A stretch of DNA of 64,000 bases from Guillardia theta CCMP2712 (taxonomy: Eukaryota; Protista; Cryptophyta), in NCBI RefSeq assembly GCF_000315625.1, contig NW_005434649.1, positions 624,968 through 688,967 on the forward strand. Reading direction: 5' to 3'. Positions 54,351 through 64,000 of this stretch are shown piece by piece. The notes under the pieces were generated by a model. It saw only the letters and a list, made by a program, of their open reading frames with translations, did no database searches and was not told the origin of the DNA. The position numbers were made by a program, and so were the translations under genes. The stretch's first letter is position 1. Every line of letters begins with the position of its first letter.

Positions 54351-57300
54351 TTTTGCTTGAGGCACTTTTTCCCTCGTGTGTCCAGCCTCCCTCCGTCCGC
54401 TGCCCCAGGCGGACCCCCGGGCAGCGCCGGCTCCTTGTCGGCGGCTGCCCTTTCTCCGTCCGCGGCCGCCCGCTTTGTGGCGGCAGCGGACGTCTCGACT
54501 GACAGTGGTCAGTCGGCTGCCTCCGGGTATCGCGTCTAAGGGATTTTATTCCTCCTGCATGCTCCTGCTGCTTGTTGCTTGATTGCCTGACCCTTAGGCT
54601 GCTTGTCTGCGCGGCTTCGCGCTTGGGCTGGCGCTGCCGCGTCTGGGTGCCAGCAGTGCTGGTTGTTTTCGGGCTTGTGTTTTGTGTGTGTTTGAGAGTA
54701 TAGGATTTACTGGCAGAAGGTAAAAAGTGCCTCAAGCAAAACAAAGCAGGAACAAGCTGAANNNNNNNNNNNNNNNNNNNNNNNNNNNNNNNNNNNNNNN
54801 NNNNNNNNNNNNNNNNNNNNNNNNNNNNNNNNNNNNNNNNNNNNNNNNNNNNNNNNNNNNNGGTACACAGTCCACAGCGAGAAGCTGCACAAACACACAC
54901 AAAACACAAGCCCGAAAAGAACCAGCACTGCTGTGCAGCTTCTCGCTGTGGACTGTGTACCTGCCGGTTCAGCTTGTTCCTGCTTTGTTTTGCTTGAGGC
55001 ACTTTTTACCTTCTGCCAGTAAATCCTATATATAGCCTAAGGGTCAGGCAATCAAGCAACAAGCAGCAGCAGGAGCATGCAGGAGGAATAAAATCCCTTA
55101 GACGCGATACCCGTTTTACTTTCTGCCAGTAAATCCTATACATTCCCGGAGGCAGCCGACTGACCACTGTCAGTCGAGACGTCCGCTGCCGCCACAAAGC
55201 GGGCGGCCGCGGACGGAGAAAGGGCAGCCGCCGACAAGGAGCCGGCGTTGCCCGGGGGTCCGCCGGGGGCAGCGGACGGAGGGAGGCTGGACACAGGAAC
55301 ACGGTACCGCTCGAGGTAGTCCTCCTCGCTAGCCTCCGAGTCAGCGGTAGCCGAGTCAGCGGTAGCCGCCTGCTTTGTTTTGCTTGAGTCACTTTTTCCC
55401 TTCTGCCAGTAAATCCATTGAAGGCCGCCCGTGACGGCGGCGACGCCGCAGCAATGCCCAAGGACCGGCGTGACCCGACCGATGCCGGGGAGGAAGCAGG
55501 CGAGCTCGGACCAGCAGCAAGCACCCCAGTGGTGTCGAGCTCTCCGGAGGCACCCGACGTCACAGTGAGGGACGGAGACGCCTCGCCAGCTCCGCGCCGG
55601 TCGTCGGCGCCACTCGACGTGTTTCCCCCATCGGAGTCGGAGACCTCCGGCGAAGACCCCTCGGGCGACTCGACAAAGTCCGAGGAGGAGCTGTCCTCTG
55701 GCTCGAGAAGTGCTTGCTTGACCCTTCGGCTGCTTGTCTGCGCGACTTCGCGCTTGGGCTAGCGATGCCGCGTCTGGTTGCCAGCAGTGCTGGTTCTTTT
55801 CGGGCTTGTGTTTTGTGTGTGATTGTGCAGCTTCTCGCTGTGCGCTGTGTGCCTGGAGGTTTAGCTTGTTCCTGCTTTGTTTTGCTTGAGGCACTTTTTA
55901 CCTTCTGCCAGTAAATCCGTAATCCGAGCAAAACCTAAGGGTCAAGCAATCAAGCAACAAGCCAGTAAATCCAGAAGCAGCAGGAGCATGCAGGAGGAAT
56001 AAAATCCCTTAGACGCGATACCCGGAGGCAGCCGACTGACCACTGTCAGTCGAGACGTCCGCTGCCGCCACAAAGCTGGCGGTCGCGGACGGAGAAAGGG
56101 CAGCCGCCGACAAGGAGCCGGCGTTGCCCGGGGGTCCGCCGGGGGCAGCGGACGGTGGGAGGCTGGGCACAGGAGCTCGGTATTCGCTAGCCTCCGTAGC
56201 CACCCCAAACCCCCCGGTCGCGGGTAGCCGCTGCAATGCCCAAGGNNNNNNNNNNNNNNNNNNNNNNNNNNNNNNNNNNNNNNNNNNNNNNNNNNNNNNN
56301 NNNNNNNNNNNNNNNNNNNNNNNNNNNNNNNNNNNNNNNNNNNNNGCGTGACCCGACCGATGCCGGGGAGGAAGCAGGCGAGCTCGGACCAGCAGTAAGC
56401 ACCCCAGTGACATACCCAGTGGTGTCGAGGGAGTGAATGGATTTACTGGCAGAAGGTAAAAAGTGCCTAAAGCAAAACAAAGCAGGAACAAGCTAAACCT
56501 CCTGGCACACAGCACACAGCGAGAAGCTGCACAATCACACACAAAACACAAGCCCGAAAAGAACCAGCACTGCTGGCACCCAGACGGAGGCACCCGACGT
56601 CACAGTGAGGGACGGAGACGCTTCGCCAGCTCCGCGCCGGTCGTCGGCGCCACTCGAAGTGTTACCCCCATGGGAGTCGGAGACCTCCGGCGAAGACTCC
56701 TCCTCGGGCGACTCGACAAAGTCCGAGGAGGAGCTGTCCTCTGGCTCGAGAAGTGCTTGCGCCCGCAAGGGCGTCATGCGCCTCGCACCAGACAAGAGCG
56801 CCTCCAGCGTCAGCTGCATAGTGAGGCGCTGATAGGTGGCGGCGCGTTTGCGAGCCAAGACCTCAGCAGCAGGGCCGTCATCAGGCACGAAGTGCCGACC
56901 AAACGCCGCATCCTCAAGAGGCATCGAGCGCTGAGCAATGATGTCCGCCAGATACCAGATGTCGAAAGGCGAAGCCGCGCAGACAAGCAGGGAGGGTCAA
57001 GCAACAGTCTGTAGGAGGGGTAACAAGCAGCAGGAGCATGGGGACTTCCGAAATGAAACCCCCTTAGACGCGATACCCGGAGGCATCCGACTGACCGCTG
57101 TCAGTCGAGACGTCCGCCGCCGCCGCAAAGCGGGCGGCCGCGGACGGAGAAAGAGCAGCCGCCAACAAGGAGCCGGCGTTGCCCGGGGGTCCGCCGGGGG
57201 ATGCGGACGGAGGGAGGCTGGACACATGAACACGGTACCGCTCGAGGTGACGCATCCAGTCCTCCTCATTAGCCTCCGAGTCAGCGGTAGCCGAGACCAA

Positions 57301-57595
57301 CACCACCCGTGACGGCGGCGACGCCGCATCGATGATGCCCAGGGACCGGGGCTGTGCGGCATCGGAGGCAGGCGAGGAAGCTTGGAGGATCGAGAAGCAT
57401 CAAGCTTGCGCTGGCAGCCATCATGCGTCGGACACTGGCAGATCGGCATGCCATGAAGATAGCAGTCGACCATCTGAGCATACCGATACGGGAAAGCCTT
57501 GAGGGGATAGTAGCTCGAGACTCGCATCGGAGAGTGGCTGTGTGTTTGTGTGTGTGTGTGTTCAATTATGGGAGGAGGTTCACCAACACGACAAC

Positions 57596-59799
57596 CTAAG
57601 GTGAGCATCTGCTGGGGTCGCGAGGAAACATGGACGCCTTCCTGACGTTGTCGAGTCCGAGGTAGAGGAAGACGACGCGCTGGAGTGAAAGTGAGAGGGG
57701 ATGAGGAGAGGATGTCTTACCTCCAGCCCGATGCCAGCTCCTGCATGCGGCGACACGCCATGCTGGAAGGAGGTCACGTAGGCCTGTAGGGGCTCCAACG
57801 GCATCCCCTTCTTCTCAACCTGCCCCCTCCTCGTCAATCTCCTCCTCTTCCTCCTCCTCCTGCACTGGACTTTCCTGTGAGATCAGCAGGGCTGGGTCGT
57901 GTACTCTTTGCGCGCCAGAGCAGATCTCTTGTCCTCGGAGGAAGACATCGTAAGAGTTGGTGAACCTCTCGTCGTCTGCCAGACAACCTTGAGCTGCTTC
58001 CTCTCCCTCCCCTCTCTTCGCACTCACCAGGGCAAGGCATGGTGTAGAAGGGACGAACAGCTGCCGGAAAGCGATCGAGAATGAAAAAGTCAGTGTCGAA
58101 CTTGTTCTTGACGAGCTCTCCCAGCCTAGAAGAAATCAAAGAATGAAGGAGGAGGAGGTGGCTTACTTGAGCTCGAGCGAGCTTGACAGGTCCTCCAGAA
58201 GCTCTGCCTCCTCACCAGCGTCTCGCAGCATCTGCTGGCTCCTTCAGGCAAGGCAGGCAGGAAGGAAGGCGGGAGGGAGGGAGGGAGGGAGGGAGGGGGG
58301 CGGGGCGGGGGGGGTCGCACCTGGATCGCCTCCTCCCAGTGGAGGATGCAGGGCTCCTCAGTGAATTGAACGGGGAGGGACTTGTACTGGGAGCGGACGA
58401 CGGAGAGTTCAGAGGAGAAGCGGCTCTCGAGGCCGAGGAAGATGTGCTTGAAGAGGGAGTGGAGGAGGAGGAGGGTCTCGTTGTAGTGCTCCTCTATCGC
58501 CATCTCCAGGTCCAGCCCCGTGAACTCGCACAGATGACGGCGGGTGTTGGACTTCTCGGCGCGGAAGACAGGTCCGATCTCAAACACTCGACCGAGGTCT
58601 CCCGAGATCGCCATCTGCTTGTACAGCTGCGGCGACTGAGCGAGGCAGGCCGAGCGACCGAAGTAGTCGGTGCGGAAGACTTCGGCGCCTCCCTCGCTCT
58701 CCCCGGAGATGAGCTTCGGCGTGTGGATCTCGATGAAGTTCTCCGCATAGAGCGCTTCTCGGAACAGCTGGCAGATCGCCGACTGGACCCTCATGATCGC
58801 GTGGTTGGCGGGCACGCGCAGGTCAAGCCAGCGGTTGTCTAGTCGAGCTTCCTGGTAGACGGGAGAGAAAGGCTTCTCGCTCCCTTGCGACGCTGCGATC
58901 TCCTCCTCCGATCTCGCCGCGTCCTCCATCAGGAACGGGAGGATGGCCGGCGCCTTGGACAGCACGTAGCATCGCTCGATCTGAACCTCGACGGAGCCTT
59001 GCGAGCAAGACTTCACCTCGGCAGCCGCCACCAGCCCCTTGACGTCCACAATCGACTCAAGCGTCAGGTCGTTGAGGAATCGCAGGAAGCGCTTGCTGCC
59101 TTCCGCGTCCTCCTTGCTCTTGAAGTAGCATGCTTGGACTGTACGTGACGGCGAGTCGATGGCTCTGAGCACAAGGAAACAAGAGGAGCCCTTCCCGCGT
59201 ATCGCCGACACTCTCCCTCTCAGCCAGACCGTCTCTCCCGCTCTCACTCCTCCCTCCTCTCCGAGCGTCGCGATCTTTGCGAAGGTTCTGCCAGTCTCTC
59301 CTCTCGACCGCATGACCTCATACTGCCCGAACATCCTCTCGGGCTCCTGCTGCACCGACGTGTAGACGATCGGCGTCTTGAGCGCCTCCATCGCCTCCTC
59401 CTCAGCGGCTGCGAGCGCTGCTTCCTCTGCCTGCTTCTTCGCCTTCTTCAGCTGCTTCTCAGCTTCCTTTGCAGCCTACAGTCACGTGCCGTAAGAAACA
59501 GTCCAGTGATAAGCGGCGGGAAGGGAAGGAGGAACGAGAGGAGGAGGAGGGAGAGGAGGAGCAGGAGCAAGTGGCTTTACCTTGCGAGCTTCTCGTTCCT
59601 CTTTGATTTTCTGCTTCTCTTCCTCTGACTTGTCGCTGGCGACTGGATCAGATGACATCATCCGAACGACTGGATTGAGTCGCCGCTGGTGCCTGGAGGA
59701 CAGCAGGAGGGTCGAGCTTCTCCCCGTGATCAGCGACAGATGTCGCGGCATCCTCGTCACCGCCGGGAGAAACGCCAACGTTGGACGAGCCGTCTGCAT
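57596..59799 (-). CDS. DARS1: Aspartyl-tRNA synthetase, eukaryotic cytosolic type, with an N-terminal transit-peptide-like extension; multi-exon
   Basis: Anticodon OB fold (VWLRGRV…RGKG…FLVLR…VQ); [17 protein letters not shown]…[79 protein letters not shown] and MFPRDP. Confidence 0.95.
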
Positions 59800-59949
59800 C
59801 TTCAAAGTCGTAAGAGAGGGGAGGGGAGGGGGGCAGATGATTTAGCAGGAGCATGAGTATCAGGAGGATAGTGGAACTCAAAGTAGCTTGAGGCGAGGGA
59901 GATTGGCGAGAGGCAAAGATAATGAGGAGGAGGATCATGAGGAGCACAA

Positions 59950-60009
<60 letters not shown>

Positions 60010-60032
60010 GATGATGATGATGATGATGATGA
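59950..60032. repeat. (GAT)n microsatellite beside an N gap
   Basis: Trinucleotide run. Confidence 0.9.
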
Positions 60033-60539
60033 AGGATGGAGGAGGAGGAGGANNNNNNNNNNNNNNNNNNNNNNNNNNNNNNNNNNNNNNNNNNNNNNNN
60101 NNNNNNNNNNNNNNNNNNNNNNNNNNNNNNNNNNNNNNNNNNNNNNNNNNNNGCTTGTCCTTCTCTCACCCCCCCGGATGTCCCAAAGTCTCCTCTTCCC
60201 TCTTTTGACCGTCGCTTTTCTTGCCTTTTCCTGTATGCCGAGGTGGGAGAGGAGGGAGGGGAGGAGGAGGGAGGGAGACAAGGAGGGAGAGCAGGAAGGG
60301 TTGGTTGGGGGTGGGGGAGTTGCTGGTGTTTCTCACAGCCATGGCGACGGCTATCCAGGTCCTCGCCTGCATTTCGGCCTCCTACGCTTGCAAGGAAAAA
60401 AAAAAGAAAAATTCTGTAAAAGTATCGACGATGCGTGGAGGCGAGAGAGAGAAGGCGATGGCGCGAGCGAAACAAGCGGAGGGAAGACAACAAGACAAGT
60501 GAGCGAGTCGAGCTAGAAGAGCACAACTGATAGTAGAAG

Positions 60540-61175
60540 ATGTCTTTCGGGTTCGAGACGATCTCTGCAGGAAAGTTCAAGCTTGCTTGGTTGATCTTTC
60601 TTCATGTGCTTTCAACCAGCAGCAGCTTCACTGTCACGCTCTCTGCCGTCTACTTGAAGCCATGGACGGCTCGCGCTTCTCCTCAGGTCAAGCCGCTGAG
60701 ATCAACGGCAGGGAACCACACGCTGACGCCCACGACCTTTCGGTTTCTCAAGGAGATCGAAGAGGAAGGCAGCGGGTTCATGGGGGTTCAACGTCCCAAC
60801 CCCCCGTCCCTTCCCAAGCACGGCAAGCCGTCACAAGGCAACGAAAGACAAGCAGACGTCAGTGCTGTAAAGCTTCCTCCTACTCATACTCCTCCTTCTC
60901 CTTCTCCTACTCGTGCTCGTGCTCGTGCTCGTGCTCCTACTCCTCCCACTTCCTTGTCAGCGACACTTAGGCGATCACCCCAACGCGCAGGAGCTTCTCG
61001 ATCATTGCCAGATAGGGCGAAGCAGGTGAAGCTTCCAGCTGCTTCCGAGCAGGTGGGTTTCTCTTCTGCTGCGAATCGCCAGCTTGCAGAAGCGTTGAAG
61101 GAGGCGGCAGCGTACGAGGAATGGCAGGAGGAGGAGGAGGAGCGAGGGGGGGAAGGGCGAGAGAGGTTCAAGTGA
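60540..61175 (+). CDS. Hypothetical protein with a possible bipartite presequence
   Basis: ATG ORF of 211 aa; LAWLIFLHVLSTSSSF (signal + SSF); low-complexity body. Confidence 0.45.
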   Translation: MSFGFETISAGKFKLAWLIFLHVLSTSSSFTVTLSAVYLKPWTARASPQVKPLRSTAGNHTLTPTTFRFLKEIEEEGSGFMGVQRPNPPSLPKHGKPSQGNERQADVSAVKLPPTHTPPSPSPTRARARARAPTPPTSLSATLRRSPQRAGASRSLPDRAKQVKLPAASEQVGFSSAANRQLAEALKEAAAYEEWQEEEEERGGEGRERFK

Positions 61176-61199
61176 GATTAACAGAGAAACAGGGATATT

Positions 61200-64000
61200 T
61201 CAGCTGCTGCACATTACATCCTTTGCCTCCTGCATCTCAAGCGCTGGAGGGGTCGCGTAGGGAGCCGACGCGTCTCCTCCTACCAGCGCATCGACTCGCT
61301 GTATCTGCAGGCAGGATCTTGCCTGCTGCTGCTTGGCAATGACGTTGAGTGCATGCCACCACCTTCCTCTCAGTCCGTTCACCGTCCGGCTGCTGACCTG
61401 CTGCCTCTGTTACCTCCTCCCCGCCTCCTCTCCCTCCGCTGCTTGCTCTCACCGTCACTCGTTCCTTTGCTTCTGTCGCGTTTCCCCAGTAGGCAGCGAC
61501 AGTCGCTCGTCCCGTCTCAACCGCAAACGTTCCCTCAGCCTCTCGCACTGTCGCGTACACGCGGTAGACGCCGGGAGGGAGCGCTGGCAGCATCAGCACA
61601 GACTCTGCTGCTGGTCAGCTCTGAGCCCAGCTGAATTCTCAGCTCACCGACTCCGAACGGTGAGGCGTCGGAGCGCTGAAGTCGGATGATCCCGCTCGCG
61701 CTGGCGACCAACTTCACGTCCTCTGTTGCCACGTCACTTTCAAAATGTGAGGAGCAGAGCCACCGGAGGAGAGCGCGAGGGCCGAGCTGCCTTTGGGCAT
61801 CTGTCGCTAGTCAACTGGGAGGAGAAAGCAAGAGAGGAAGGAGGAGAGGGAGCAGGAGTCACCCAACCTGAATCCAACTTCCTCCTGCGCTTCGGCAAGC
61901 GAGCTCAGAGTCCGGATCGAGCCAGGTAGTGCTGCCATTGACTCGCAGACCGCAAGAGAAGAGCTGCTGGTCTGAGCTGCCCTCAATCGTCAAGGAAAGG
62001 TAAGAGAAGAAAAGGAGAGGGAAAAAGACGACGACGAAGCAGTTGAAGAAGAAGCAGTTGAAGAAGAAGCAAATGATGATGATGAAGCTAATGATGATGA
62101 TGATGACGATGATGATGATGACGATGATGATGGTGATGAGGAGGAGGACGAGGGAGAGCAGAAGGAAGGAGCAGAAGACTGACTCAAGGACTGGTAGGCT
62201 GACGAAGAGATCGAGGTTGGAGGGCTTTGAGCCCCATTCTAGAGCTGCAGGAGCGTGAGGGCGGAGGAGGTCGCAAGCTGCCTCACTGATCACGAGCGTC
62301 GGTGCCTGCAAGCCTGTGAGGGGGCGACGCTGAGGGGCGGGAGGGACAGCAACCTGCTGGAGGGGAACCAGGCCCGCGAAGATGAAGCTGCCGTCGCGTC
62401 CAGTGTAGTGAGTGCGAGAATAGGGATAGAAGCCTAACAAACAGCTCAGCAAGGCAACACGGGAAGATTGAGAGTCAGCAGAAGAGATGGGCGTGAGGTG
62501 GTTGGACAAGGACCTGAGATCTGCAGGCGAACGAGAATGTCTGTGTTCCCTCGCGCTTGGAAGGATCTGCAACCGGTCGGGTCTTGCAGCTCGTCAGGGG
62601 ATGACGAATGAGAAGGAGGATAAGAAGAAGGGGAGGAGGGATGGAGGAGGGGGAGGAGAAGAGGGACGGAGAACGAGGAGGAGGAGGAGGAGGAGGAGGA
62701 GGAGCTCACCCAAAGCCCACAGGAAGATGTTGAGGAGAGGGTCAGCCTGCTGGAGAGAGGGGGTGAGGTCATAGACGTCTGCTCGCGTTTCGTAGGGTGG
62801 CAACGTTTGTCCTTATATCCATAAGAAAGTGAGTGCGGAAGAGAGGAGAGGAGGAGGAGAGAGGAGCGAGGAGAGGAGAGGAGAGGAGCGAGGAGCGAGG
62901 AGAGCGGAGAGGAGAGGAGAGGAGGAGAGAGGAGGAGAGAGGAGGAGAGAGGAGGAGAGAGGAGGAGAGGAGAGAGGAGGAGAGGAGGAGAGGAGAGGAG
63001 GGACTGGAGGAGCTCACCGGTGAAAGAGTTCTTGACGAGGAGCGTGTGTGCGCCGGAGGAGTTGAGGGAGCAGAAGGAGAGAGAAACCTCGTTCAAAGGC
63101 GCGATGACTGATAGCGCTGAGTTCCAGCCCCAAAAATGAAACTCTCCTCTAAAAATTGAAATTTCAGGGAAAAGTTTCAGTCCGAAACAGCAGACCGTAT
63201 CGAGCTGTACTTGAAACAGCTCAAGTCGTTGCTGGAGGAGAATCAGCGAAGATCTTGCGTTCCCCTCCATCTCAGCTACTCCCCTCCCTCATGATTCCTC
63301 CCCTCCCTCTCCCTCCTCTCCCTCCCCTGCTCCTTCTTCCTCTTCCTCTCCCTTCTCTCCCCCCCATACTTACATCAAACTGGACGAACAATTTGACGGC
63401 ACCACACAAGCCCACGTCACATGCTCCACGTCTGCTCCTGACTTGAGCCCTCCAGTGAACCCTCGACCTGCCCGCCCGTCAGACTCGCCGGGGCTGAGAG
63501 GGTCGACCGAGTCGCTGGCTCTCCAGCACCGCGTTCCAGGTCAGGAAGGGAAGGGTCGCGCCCCCTGCTGGCTGTCAGCAAAGAAGCGACGCAGCCACGA
63601 GGACCGTCAGGGACGGAGAAGTGAAGGCAGGAGGCGCTACGGGGAGGTGCGAGGCGAATCGACTGCAGTTGGTCAGGTCCAGCTAGAGGCCAGCTCGTGC
63701 TCACGTCAATGAAGGAGGTGGTGCCGTCAGAGCTCCGAGTCAGCTCGAGGATGCGGCAGTGTGAGGAGGGACAGGAAAAGTCGCTGCTGCTGTTCCATCA
63801 GGTCCCGTGTGCTGCTCCTCTCTCACCTCAGACAGACGGTCGTCAGCCTCTCAAGATCTCCCGCGGTTGGAACCCCAGCTGCTTCCTCGTCAACAATTCG
63901 CCCGCTCAGCTCGTCTCACCCACCAGTAGTCAAGGCAAACGGCCCGAGGACGGTGGAGAGGCTTGCTTCGAGCGATAGGCACTGCAAGAGGAGTGTGAGG
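61200..64000 (-). CDS. 3' part of a large multi-exon hypothetical protein with Ig-like beta-sandwich segments, continuing beyond the window
   Basis: Coding-like exons such as RTHYTGRDGSFIFAGLVP, DVYDLTP…NIFLWALG and LPPGVYRVYATV, separated by microsatellite introns. Confidence 0.45.

Larger units (their letters stand above)
50835..57545. mobile_element. Nested cluster of an RLE-type (CRE-like) non-LTR retrotransposon: one long truncated copy plus many fragments in both orientations
   Basis: Repeated near-identical segments of the 51309-54350 copy at 54351-57545, and degenerate pieces at 50835-51150. Confidence 0.88.

Noticed and set aside
51309-55026. Interpretation as a TIR DNA transposon, LTR element or DIRS element
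   Set aside because: No transposase, integrase, tyrosine recombinase or RNase H motifs; the inverted ends are copies of the same 3' UTR of an RT-RLE element.

Overview
Eukaryotic, gene-dense scaffold segment with many ~45-50 nt GT-AG introns, microsatellite-expanded introns, five 100-N gaps and several bipartite (signal peptide + A/S-F) presequences. Together these point to an alga with a red-derived secondary plastid, most likely a cryptophyte (inference). Recognisable genes: a PPR protein, SUMO E1 subunit SAE1/AOS1, a divergent centrin, an NHL-repeat protein, an EF-hand protein, ribokinase, a giant secreted beta-rich/IPT protein, RNase P/MRP subunit POP4, an IQ/TPR-like protein, an ACAD10-like HAD+APH protein lacking the dehydrogenase domain, a UbiA/DGGGPS-like prenyltransferase, a METTL21-like methyltransferase and a eukaryote-type aspartyl-tRNA synthetase with a transit-peptide-like extension. 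The most striking structure is a ~6.7 kb nest (about 50.8-57.55 kb) of a CRE-like, restriction-like-endonuclease (RLE) non-LTR retrotransposon. It has one long 5'-truncated copy with an in-frame duplicated endonuclease domain and nine copies of the element's 3' terminus (CAGTAAATCC). Three of these are 12-53 nt micro-insertions into the element's own sequence, with 4-6 bp target duplications and extra junction bases. Also notable: a 62-aa three-exon micropeptide gene, a basic decapeptide-repeat N-terminus on the ACAD10-like gene, a Cys/His insertion in centrin EF-hand 3, a modular minisatellite, and convergent genes with abutting stop codons. Exon boundaries were read by eye; multi-exon gene limits are approximate unless stated otherwise.
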